Below are positions 36,492-47,280 of a stretch of 64,000 nt of DNA, piece by piece. Each line of letters begins with the position of its first letter. Positions within the stretch are counted from its first letter, which is position 1. The notes below the pieces were generated by a model. The model ran no database searches. It worked only from the letters and a program-made list of their open reading frames with translations, and was not told where the DNA came from. The DNA is from Scyliorhinus canicula. Its lineage: Eukaryota. The position numbers were made by a program, and so were the translations under genes. Location: assembly GCF_902713615.1 (NCBI RefSeq), contig NC_052166.1, forward strand, positions 2,094,961-2,158,960, given 5' to 3'.

Positions 36492-36764
36492 CCTTTTTGT
36501 CCAGAATGGTGTTGCTTGATATAGCCGCCTGTTTCATTTTGTCACAAAGACTTTCAATCTGGCTGGGTAAAGACTGAATAAAAATCGAATCCGAATTCTG
36601 CCTGTCCACTTCAGCCTGTCCAATTGCCTGATCTGCGACCATCTTTCCCTCCACTGAATCATAGTGATAAAGAGGGGCACCATCGAAGGCATCGTCCCAA
36701 GTTACTCTGAGCAGTTTGTGGTCACGATAGATGCATGAACAGTCCGTCACATACACCCGCATAT
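36492..36764 (-). CDS. WB: WB beta1 (membrane-distal) domain exon
   Basis: (D)MRVYVTDCSCIYRDHKLLRVTWDDAFDGAPLYHYDSVEGKMV...IESLCDKMKQAAISSNTILDKK; atttctttcag acceptor, G|GTAAGA donor, 273 nt; Cys pair like class II beta1 / class I alpha2. Confidence 0.9.
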
Positions 36765-37192
36765 CTGAAAGAAATTCACAGCAGAATATCACAAGAATGG
36801 AGGTCGGAAAAGGGTCATTCAGCTCATTCTGCCACAACTGTTCTTGGCACATCTTAAAGTCAGTTAGAGGCTTGTTGTTATTAGTTGCATCTTGGGCCAC
36901 TTAGAGGTTAATTGCTATTCGGCACAACTTATGGTCATTTGGAGGCAATTGCTATGGCATCAGTGATCATGGAACACTGATCCGATTAGGACAAGACTAC
37001 AACCTTTGAGGCAGTCAGCCCACATTCTCCTCCTCCAATGCCCCTCTTCCATTGTATAGCAGAGTGGTGATACCCTCATACCCTATTCTGCAGTAGCTAC
37101 AGTATCGCCTACAATGGTTTCTCATCATGGTGGCACACCACTTTCCCCAACCCCTTGTAGATTAAAATTCCCCGTGTGGAACACATACTTGA

Positions 37193-37590
37193 CAGTTCAT
37201 GGAATCATAAAATCCCCACACTGCAGAAATAAGCTATTCGGCCCATTGAGTCTGCACCAACCCTCAGAAAAAGTACTCCATCCAAGACCACTCCCCCACC
37301 CTGTCCCAATAACCCCTCAACCCAACCTACACATCTTTGTTGGACACTAAAAGGAAATTTTGCATGGCCAATCCACCAAAGGGGAAGAACGTGGATCTTT
37401 GGATATTAAGAGGCACTTGATCCTGATCAGTCCACCTAACCTGCACATCCTGTGGAAGGAAACTGGAGCACCTGGAGGAAACCCATGTAGACACGGGAGA
37501 ACATGCAAACTCCACAGTCACCCAAGGTTTGAATTGAACCCGGGTCCCTGACTCTGTGAGGCAGCAGTGTTAACCACTGTGTCACCCAGT
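37193..37590 (-). mobile_element. HE1/V-SINE with internal duplication, WB intron 1
   Basis: Reverse copy; the ccacctaacctgcacatc segment is partly repeated. Confidence 0.75.
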
Positions 37591-37692
37591 TCTCTGAAGA
37601 AGCTCAGCTATAGTTAAGTATTGTGCTTCAATTAAGTTCAAGGGCAGCCAAATAGAACATTAAAGTGAGGGAGAGTAAATAAGCCCACTTAC

Positions 37693-37774
37693 CTCTCAAA
37701 CAATCCACCATATCCAGTACAGAAATAATTGTTGCAGCAACAGCCACAAAGGCCCATCGATAGGAAACTGGCAT
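37693..37774 (-). CDS. WB: WB exon 1, signal peptide MPVSYRWAFVAVAATIISVLDMVDCLR
   Basis: ATG in ccaagATGc context, hydrophobic leader, G|GTAAGT donor in phase 1. Confidence 0.85.
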
Positions 37775-38217
37775 CTTGGAAGGATGGCAATGGATTTAAG
37801 AGCAAGACTGGAGTAAAGCTGAGACTGATTAATGTCAGGACCGCACTAAGATTGTTTCAAATCCCTCAGACAAGAACACTGTGATTATTATCCTGACTCC
37901 ACCCACTAATCTCCAATTACATCTGCATTCATCATGGTAAATGCACTCTGACAGATACCTCGGAGTTCCCCCAATAAATTAGCTTCCTTTTCCCCATAAC
38001 TTCCACTGAAGGGATGGTTTCTCTTGAAGAGGCTCTTTTGTTTTAAGTACTGGGTGGTGGACACCCTTTGATGAAATATGGTGTGTGTGTTGATCATGGG
38101 ACATAGTTTTGGGTGTGTTAGCTTGTTCACTAAGTTCCAAGTGAGCAGTTTCTGGTATCCACTAATGAGGCTCAAATTCTCACTTGCCCATTGTCTGTTG
38201 TCCATTATTTAACGGCT

Positions 38218-38475
38218 CATGGTGGTGGGGTGGTGTGGGGGATATTGATTCTCTTCATGTCTGCGTGGGTTTCCGCCGGGTGCTCCGGTTTCCTCACACA
38301 GTTCAAATATGTGCAGGTTAGGTGGATTGGCCATGATAAATTGTCCTTAGTGTCCTGAGGTTACTGGGTTACGGGGATAGGTGGAGGCGTGGGCTTATGC
38401 AGGGTGCTCTTTCCAAGGGCTGGTGCAGACTCAATGGGTTGAATGGCCTCCTTCTGCACTGTAAATTCTATGACT
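38218..38475 (+). mobile_element. HE1/V-SINE (5'-degenerate) in the WB-WA intergenic region
   Basis: Core and tail recognisable. Confidence 0.8.
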
Positions 38476-39745
38476 CTAAGATTGATTAACCTGTGGTTTG
38501 AGTCAGGCACGTTCAGGATACTGCAGATGATCGATCAACTAGTCAAGCCCATTGATGGGAACTATTGGGGTAGAACTATGACTGGGATTGTAGCCCTGCT
38601 ATGCTATGGGAAGCTGAACAATTTAGCTGTAAACTCCAAACCTTTTGAGGCCTTGATGTCTCAACCATGCCAACCACCTGTACCCAATCTCTCTGAAACG
38701 GGTAAGCAAAGAGTTCCCCATCTACAGGCCTCAACCCAGTTACTGGTGAGTTCGACTCCAGAACTCAAAGCTGTCCAAATTTATAAATAGGAGCAATCTC
38801 AAACAAGAAATAACTCAAGTGGGAAATGCTCCTGACAGCAGGGAGCACTCATGGGAATGGGGAGTTGGGGGGTACGACTTGAGAGAGGGGTGCACCTGCC
38901 CTTTTCAACAATGAGCTCCTGTGGCTGTGGTTTTCCTAATGGCAAGATATAAAGGTTATACTGGGAAACCTGTTCCATATTCCAGTACCAACATTCCTCA
39001 AATCATTGAGGCTAAAAATGCCTAAAAATATAACAGTCAAAATACATCAAAATGGTGCTATCCTCAGTTTAAGAAGAAATAAACAATATCAAAATCATTA
39101 TGACTGAGTAGCTGAAATAATCAATGAGGTGAAAGAACTATTTCTCCAGTTCCTGCAATCTACATTGGATACATCCTACCTCTCCCACCTATTTCATCCC
39201 CAGATCCCTCTGTTATGCAGGAGCTGACTGGCTGTCCTCTCCCCCCCGCCCCCCCCCCCCATCCATTCACCCCTCAATTAAAGGCTTCCCCAAAAACCTC
39301 CTGCATTCACCTTGCCTTCAATCAATCCCCCTTCTATTATGTTGGTTGGTGGAAACTGCTATACCAGTCCCCCTGCCCACCTTCAATCTCTCCACTTCTA
39401 CCACCTCCCACCACTCCAACGTGTCATTCCAGCCCGTAAGCATTTTGGGATGTTTTCCAAAATGTAAAAATACCTCAATATAAGATTATGTTGTTATTAA
39501 GTTTGTAATGTTTCCTGAAGAACTGGTTACCCACAGTCAATCGATGCCAAGTGATGACTGACGCTTGTAATTAATACTGTTGAAATGACAGGGATTGTGA
39601 AACGGTGTGTTTGGGTGGTGAGGTAAGAGATGCAGTATTGAATCACAGCGTAGTTGAAGCTACATCTATCAATGTACTGAGTTACACTTGGTCTCCATTC
39701 ACATCACCTGAGAGATCCTGGAGAAACAGACGGTCATTTCTCAAC

Positions 39746-39809
39746 ATGGAACTCTGGAGCTGCCTAATAATCATCTCCTCACTGACAGCAGTAACGAGAG
39801 CAGAGATTG
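39746..39809 (+). CDS. WA: MHC W-category alpha chain exon 1, signal peptide MELWSCLIIISSLTAVTRAEI
   Basis: caacATGg Kozak context, hydrophobic leader, G|GTGAGT donor in phase 1. Confidence 0.9.
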
Positions 39810-40839
39810 GTGAGTGTATTGTGGGGACACACTGCAGAGGAGGGGAGTTTGGGACCTGAACTCTTGCTGTGGAATTGGTCTTGTAGTTTTCTAGTCCCTG
39901 AGCAGCTCTGCCCAGGATGGAAGCTGACACTCGGAGATCCTCCGAATTGTTTTGTATTGGGAAGGGAGCGCGTGGGTGTGAGAGCTAGGAATGAAAACTC
40001 AGGTTTTGTGTCCTTAATCCAGTGTCTGTTTTTATCTCACTTACTGGCAGCTGCTGAATTCTGCCTCCAAGGGTGAGAGGCTCATGATTATGGCCTTAAG
40101 AGTTAATGGGTGAGACCTTAACTCATTCAAAACCCGCCCATCTACACAGGGTAAAAATCAAGCCAACTTTATCTGAATTTATTAAAACTAACAGCAGAAA
40201 AGAGGAGCATTTGAAATCTGATCAATTTTTCTCAACTATTCAGACACATATTTGGTATCAGTGTGGCTATGTTACTGGATTAGCAATCCAAATGCATGGG
40301 TCCAAATGTGACCAGGATATTGAAGAATTTTAATTCAATTCAATAAATTTTGAATAAAGAAAACTAGTCTCAGTAATGGTAACCATGAAACCCACTGGAT
40401 GGGGAAAAAACCCATCTGTTCATTAATGTCCTTTGGGAGGGAGGGGGTATGAAATTTGGCGCCCATACCTAGTCTGACCTGCATGTGATTCCACAATGTG
40501 GTGACTCTTAATTGTGCTCTTGAATGGCTCAGGCAAATAAGATTAATTAAGTAAAGCCAGCATGGATTTTTTATAGCAATGAACAAGATGATGATTGGTT
40601 GTTTTGGTGAGGTAAAAGACAGCATTGATGGGAGAATGCAGTTGACCTGGCAGATATAAAATGCAACGCAACAGGCCAGCCAGCAAAGCTGAAACCCATG
40701 GAATTTCTTGTTGGAAGCAGGTTTCTTTGGGATTCTTTGAGGATCAGAATCACTGCTTTTCTCCCCTATATTAATGATCTTGACTTGTGCAGGACACAAG
40801 TTCAAAAGTTGCAGGTGGCACAATACTTGCAAGTACTGT

Positions 40840-42080
40840 AAACTGTGAGGAGGAGAGTGATAAATATCAAGAGGACATAGACACGCTGGTGGAATGGGCA
40901 GACACGTGGCAGATTACATTTTGTAGAGAAGTGTGAAGTGTTTCATTTTTGCAACAAGAATGTGGAGAGACAATCTAAAATGGTTCCATGTCTAAAGTGG
41001 TTGCAGAAACAGAGGGACTTGGCCCTATGCTCCTTTGAGTAAACCAATAAACAAATAAAATTCATTAACAGCCCTTAAAAGGGGTGCGGTAATTAAAACA
41101 AAATTACAAAGGAAACTTACCAATTTAAAATAATGTTACTGGGGCTGATGACACACTCCTGCCCCTGTGATGCCCATCGGGCATGGAAAGTCTCAAGTGT
41201 GATTATGGAAATGATGTTCTCCCTATCCAGGACACCTTGGGTGCTTTTATAACCATGGAAGAGGACTACTTCCCCATCCACCCCTGCCACCCTACCCTGC
41301 CACACAAATGCCTGCTGTCTTAACCTGTTAGTCACCCCCTTGGCAGGTTAAAGAGATGAGACTAAGTGTATATCAAATCATTGAAGGTGGCAGGACAGGT
41401 TGAGAGAATGATTAATGAAGCATTTGGTATTCTGAACTTTATAAACAAAAGCATAAAGTATGAGAGCAAGGAGGTTAGGTTAAATCTATACAGAACACTG
41501 GTTCAGACTTGAGTGGAGCATTGCATCCAGTGCTTTGCGCCACACTTTAGGAAGGATGTGAAGACGGAAAAGGTCATGAGAATGGTTCCAGGAATGAGGA
41601 ACTTCAGATCCATGGATAGATTGAAGAAGCTGGGGTTACTGGGTTACAGGGATAGGGTGGAGGTATGGCCTTATGTGGGGTGCTCTTTCCAAGGGCCGGT
41701 GCAGACTTGATCGGCCGAATGGCCTCCTTCTACATTGTAAATTCTATGATTTTATGAAGCTGGGGCAGTTCTCCTTGGAGAAGAGAAAGTTGAGAGGAGA
41801 TTTCAGAGAGCTGTTCGAAATCATGAGGGGTCTGGACAGAGAAACTGTTCCCATTGGCAGAATAAAGGTGATGGTGAAAGAAGCAATGGTGACTTGAGGA
41901 AAAACCTTTTCATGCAGGGCCTTGAATGCACTACCTCAGTGTGGTGGAGGCACGGTCAACCAAGAGTTTCAAAAGGGAATTAGATGATTACATGAAGGGA
42001 AAAGACTTTCAAGGCTATGGGGAAAGAGCAGAGGATTGGGACTGGTTAAGTTGCTCTTGCAAACAGCACAGCAAGATGGG
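40840..42080 (+). mobile_element. Old CR1 fragments with a partial SINE (41630-41750) in WA intron 1
   Basis: Degenerate EHCIQCFAPHFRKDV and SLEKRKLRGD motifs. Confidence 0.75.
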
Positions 42081-42146
42081 CTGAATTCCACAATCTATCC
42101 ATTCACTGATTCTTTCTCTGTGCTTTCTTCCCTAATTTATCTCAAG

Positions 42147-42416
42147 ATGTTGATTCTATCAATTCATACCAGTACTATGGTTACACTCCGGATTCAGAAA
42201 ATTCACTGTCCGCTTTCGCAATAAATGCCTTTCCCTTTATGTTCATGCATCATGGACTGGAAAAGTTTATTATAAATGGGAATGAGACAGATGGAAAAAA
42301 GGAACTGGGCGAGGATGAAGCGACTTTCGTTCGAGAGATAATACGTAGGTTCCAGCTGAGACTTCAACGCCTCACCAAGGAGTTGGTGAAACAGACAGGA
42401 ACAAAGATCGTCCACA
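42147..42416 (+). CDS. WA: WA alpha1 domain exon
   Basis: Pyrimidine tract + ctcaag acceptor; (D)VDSINSYQYYGYTPDSENSLSAFAINAFPFMFMHHGLEKFIINGNETDGKKELGEDEATFVREIIRRFQLRLQRLTKELVKQTGTKIVH; A|GTAAGT donor; 270 nt phase 1-1. Confidence 0.88.
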
Positions 42417-42789
42417 GTAAGTTGTTCATTTACAGATTCAATATCTATTCACTGTGGCCCTGAGCACGAACGTTAGTGCACTCAGATTTAGTGATGTATA
42501 TATCGACTGAATGAATTTAAGAAGGAAATAAATTTCAGGACTCTAAATGTTCTAAGGGGTATTGTGAGAGTGCGGGAGAAGGGCATTGAGATAGAGGATC
42601 AACCATGTTCTTATGGAATGATGTAGCAGGCTTGAGGGGCTGAATGGCCATCTCCTGCCCCTATTTTCTATGTTTCTGTATGGGGACCATAGGAGTTTTG
42701 CTAACTGTACCAATAGTCTAAATGTATTCCTCGAACATCCTCTCTCTTACTTGGGTCTTGGGACCAGCTGTAAAATAAGGGAATTATTA

Positions 42790-43115
42790 GACCATAGAAC
42801 ATACAGTGCAGGAGGCCATTCGGCCCATCAAGTCTGCACCAACCCACTTAAACCCTCACTTCCACCCTATCCCCGTAACCCAATAACCCCTCCTATCCTT
42901 TTTAGTCACTAAGGGCAATTTATCATGGCCTATCCACCTAACCTGCACGTCTTTGGATTGTGGGAGGAAACCGGAGCACCCGTAGGAAACCCACGCAGAC
43001 AGGGGGAGAAAGTGCAGACTCCGCACAGACAGTGACCCAGTGGGGAATCAAACCTGGGACCCTGGCTGACCCTGTGATAGCCACAGTGCTATCCACTTGT
43101 GCCACTGTGGTGCCC
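42790..43115 (-). mobile_element. HE1/V-SINE in WA intron 2
   Basis: Reverse copy ending ~75 bp before the alpha2 acceptor. Confidence 0.85.
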
Positions 43116-43188
43116 ATATTGTGTTGTGTGAAAATGCTGTATGGGTATATGTTGTTGTTACAGTTTTTTACTCTTATATCTGCTGTAG

Positions 43189-43470
43189 AAAAGCCCGTTG
43201 TTCACATCTATACTGAGGAAAATTACACCCCAGGTCCGCCAAACACCTTGTACTGTTACGCAGAAAAATTTTACCCTTACGAAATTGAGGTCACCTTCCT
43301 GGTCAATGGGAATCCATTCACCGAGCCGAGTGAATCATCAGAAACAATGGTTGCTGCAGACTGGACATTTCATGTTTTAAAATACATCAGGATCAATCCA
43401 CAGGAAGGAGACACCTACAGCTGCCAAGTTGATCATGTCAGTCTCGATAAACCAATGGTTGTTTTAATGG
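43189..43470 (+). CDS. WA: WA alpha2 Ig-C1 domain exon (beta2-microglobulin-like)
   Basis: (K)[40 protein letters not shown]...[43 protein letters not shown]; tgctgtag acceptor, G|GTACG donor, 282 nt. Confidence 0.95.
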
Positions 43471-44423
43471 GTACGTTTGATGTTAAATTATTGTGAACTG
43501 CATTTAACAAGATTAAGAAAGTATTAATTGTATATTAATTGTATTATATTGCAGGCAGGTTGTAGGCATTTACTTGTGTCCCGTAGAAATAGACAGTCTA
43601 AAATTGCGGTTATTGGGTTAGGATGTGTATGCATGTAATGTGTAAATCTGTAAATATATGGAAGGGTGTAAAGATTTGCTCCAGTTCCATTCTTCACCAT
43701 CTTCAAAGACACAGAATTACAGGACCAGCAATTTGCATCCAAGGTTTTAAACATCTTCAGGGAATTCCACCAAATCTGCCAGACCTGCAATTGCCACCCT
43801 GCATTTGACTGCTGCCATGCCCCTCCCCACCCCTCCGAGACTGAGAATCTGTTTGACACACTGCACAAACATTATGGTGTTAAAACCTCTTACATGTGGA
43901 GGAACTCAACTTCTGCATTCCCTCTGTGTTCTACAGACCCCAGCCCATTCCTGGCAGGTCAGATGAGATAAAACGACCACTCCTTACTCCCACCTCCCTC
44001 TAAACCAGTGTGTTGGTTTAGTGCATTTGGGTCACCCTCATCTCAGGGGTCAGAAGATTATGGGCGTGATCTAACAGCTGTGCAGTGCCCAACCCAGTAC
44101 GCAATGCCCTGGAACCACTGGCAATGGCACCCAGATGCCATCCTAACACTGACAGGGTGCCCAGGTGGCAGTGCCAAGGTGCACAGGTGTAATTTTGCCC
44201 ATGCCGGGTATTGGGCCCGGGGGTACCCTGCTCTTATGAGGTGGGGTGTAGGGCGCTCAAGGACTGGGGCGGGGGGGGGGGTCTCAAGATTGTGATGCCA
44301 TTTTTAAAGGATTGTAAAATACACCAGTGAATTTTCCTGCAATCCTGGTTAACCATCATCCTTCAACTTGCATAGCAAAACGCACAAAGGTCATTCATCC
44401 CATTCCAGCTCTTTAATTAATTA

Positions 44424-44752
44424 AGGGCAGCAAGGTGGGCAGTGGTTAGCACAGTTGCTTCACAGCTCTAGGGTCCTGGGTTCGATTCCCAGCTTGGGTC
44501 ACTGTCTGTTCAGAGTCTGTACGTTCTCCCCGTGTGTGCGTGGGTTTCCTCCGGGTGCTCCGGTTTCCTCCCACAGTCCAAAGATGTGCAGGTTAGGAGG
44601 ATTGGCTATGATAAATTGCCCTTAGTGTCCAAGAAAGGTTAGATGGCGTTACAGGGATAGGGTGGTGTGGGCTTAGGTAGGGTCCTCTTTCCAAGGTCAG
44701 GTGCAGACTTGATGGGTGAATGGCCTCCTTCTGCACTGTAAATTCTATGATG
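44424..44752 (+). mobile_element. HE1/V-SINE in WA intron 3
   Basis: Full copy. Confidence 0.85.
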
Positions 44753-44884
44753 GTTCTGTGAATTCACTCTACGTGAAATGCATCCAGAACTTTCTCAGGC
44801 ACTGTACAAGTATAAGTCTTTGATCAGTAAACACTGGCTACATAAACAAAGATTAAACCTGCTGTTTTTTGACATTTTAAACAG

Positions 44885-44996
44885 ACCAGCCTCCTCCACA
44901 GCCCCACATTGGGACCATTGTCTGTGCTGTTGGAGTTATTGTTGGTGCTCTTGGGTTGATGGTAGGTCTGTACCTGGTTACAAAGCTGTGCAGCAG
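44885..44996 (+). CDS. WA: WA connecting peptide/transmembrane exon (D)[36 protein letters not shown]
   Basis: Class II alpha-type TM motif CxxGxxxGxxGxxxG; taaacag acceptor, AG|GTGAGT donor. Confidence 0.93.
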
Positions 44997-45110
44997 GTGA
45001 GTTTCTTCTCTTTATTGTGACTGATTCTGTTCCCACATTCACCCAATGCTTTAGTTTATGTTGGGATTTATAAAGTGACAGCTTCAACATGTTTATCAAT
45101 TCATTTACAG

Positions 45111-45147
45111 ACAGGGGAAACCTTGTTCCAGTCAGTTCTGCAAATGA
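45111..45147 (+). CDS. WA: WA last coding exon (R)QGKPCSSQFCK*
   Basis: catttacag acceptor, phase 2 matches the previous donor, TGA at 45145-47. Confidence 0.8.
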
Positions 45148-45479
45148 TAACTTTGTGATCAAGGATGGAAATATCACTGATTAAGGTTTGTATCATTAAA
45201 CCTGCTGATAATCACTTTTTAACTGATGTGTCTCTGTCAGTCAGACACAGCAGTCACATAACCACAGTACACATGTCCTCGAGCAGTGTAAGACACTGAC
45301 ATCATTAGACTTTGATTGGTACAAACCCTGGGCATAAAACATGGATTTAAATGATGAAGATTAACCTGGGAGAGGAACAGATCAGATTCACAGCTTTGCA
45401 GAGACTTCAAAAATATTCATCAATTCGATTCAGAGACAAAATAGGCAGATGAAGGAATTAGGTATACCATAATTATTGT

Positions 45480-46045
45480 GACCTTTACTCTGTATCTAAT
45501 CCCGTGCTATACCTGTCCTGAGAGTGTTTGATGGGGACAGTGTAGAGGGAGCTTTATTCTGTATCTAACCCCGTGCTGTACCTGTCCTGAGAGTGTTTGA
45601 TGGGGACAGTGTAGAGGGAGCTTTATTCTGTATCTAACCCCGTGCTGTACCTGTGCTGGGAGTGTTTGATGGGGACAGTGTAGAGGGAGCTTTACTCTGT
45701 ATCTAACCCCGTGCTGTACCTGTCCTGGGAGTGTTTGATGGGGACAGTGGAGAGGGAGCTTTACTCTGTATCTGACCCCGTGCTGTGCCTGCCCTGGGAG
45801 GGTTTGATGAGGACAGTGTAGAGGGAGCTTTACTCTGTACCTAACCCGTGCTGTACCTGCCCTGGGAGTGTTTGATGGGGACAGTGTAGAGGGAGCTTTA
45901 CTCTGTATCTAACCCCGTGCTGTACCTGTCCTGGGAGTGTTTGATGGGGACAGTGTAGAGGGAACTTTACTCTGTATCTAACCCTGTGCTGTACCTATCC
46001 TACAAATGTTTTATGGGGGCAGTGTCGAGGGAGCTTTACTCTGCC
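45480..46045. repeat. 69-bp tandem repeat (~8 copies), same family as 35150-35970
   Basis: Direct reading. Confidence 0.95.
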
Positions 46046-47207
46046 TCTGAACTGGGACTGTGCAATTCCAAGAAGTAACACGAACAAACACTGATCATCT
46101 TTGTAATACTTTTACAGCAGTTTTGATATTTGATATAACGAATATTTTTCCTGTCTTTTACTTTATTAGACATCATTGGGAGGAGGGAGAGCAGTCGTCT
46201 GCACCTGTTGGATGTTTTCAGAATGTCATATCAAATATTAATCAAGTTTCATTAATTGTTCAAGTACTGTTTGTACATTGCAGTCAATGTAAAGGAATTG
46301 TGGAAATCTATTAAAAATGATCAATAGACTGAATTGTATCATGCTTGTGATTTTCTGGGCAATGTGATATATATGATGAAATAACTAATGGTGAAATATG
46401 TCAATGACACTAATCTCTAACCACCTCATTCAACCCCTCTACTTCTCTGTGTTACACTGATTCTGTTGGCGTGGACGAGGTTCTACCAGGAAGTCCCTCC
46501 TCTTCCTCTGACAATGTCACAACTTCTTTAACATTCGCCTGAACAAGTTGACATCTCATTGGGTGAATAGCAGTTCACCTCCTCAAAGAATCATCGGGAC
46601 TCGAAACGTTAGCCCTTTTCTCTCCCTACAGATACTGCCAGACCTGCTGAGATTTTCCAGCATTTTCTCTTTCGTTTCAGATTCCAGCATCCGTAGTAAC
46701 TTGCTTTATTTAGTGCTCCTCCTCAGTACGACACGGAAAGAGAAACTATGCACAGCTCCTGCAGTGTCTCTCAGCAGCGACAGTGCTAGCAGAGAGCCAG
46801 GCTGTTAGTCCAGTGGTCACTGTCTCCCACGCAGATCACAGGGGTCATCATTATATCCAAACACCACGACTTAAATAAGTAATCTGGGCAGACAATACCT
46901 TTCAGTGCTAAGGACTGTTTCAATGCTAGATTGAGGTGGATGTGGTGATCACAAGTTAACCAGATGCAACACAACTGAGCGACCACTAGAGGGAGCACGG
47001 GAGAGCCATATAAATAGAACAGGACAAGAAGTGGAAAACACTCTTCACAGCAGGGGGGCTGGTAAGCAGGACACACAGCAAGCAAAGCTGGTAGTTAGCA
47101 CTGGAAGGTAGTTCTAGGTCGAGCTCTGGAAACTGAACGAACCCACAATAAAGCATCTTCTCCACACTTGAGACTGCGAGCTTTATTAAGACACGAGGAA
47201 CAACACA

Positions 47208-47222
47208 TGGTACCCAGGAGTG
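47208..47222 (+). promoter_or_regulatory. Primer-binding site, tRNA-Leu(UAA)-like
   Basis: TGGTACCCAGGAGTG directly after the 5' LTR, versus TGGTACCAGGAGTG expected from the vertebrate tRNA-Leu(UAA) 3' end as recalled (1-nt insertion). Confidence 0.65.
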
Positions 47223-47280
47223 ATTTCAGACGCTTATGACAGGACAACTCAGCTGCAGATACAGAAAACAAAAAAAAAAA

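Noticed and set aside
29134-45147. Classical MHC class II or DM assignment
   Set aside because: Lacks class II beta W61/H81/N82/W153 and the alpha2 C-strand Trp, while having beta2m-like W60 and class I-like AFDG/P235; not formally excluded without a tree.
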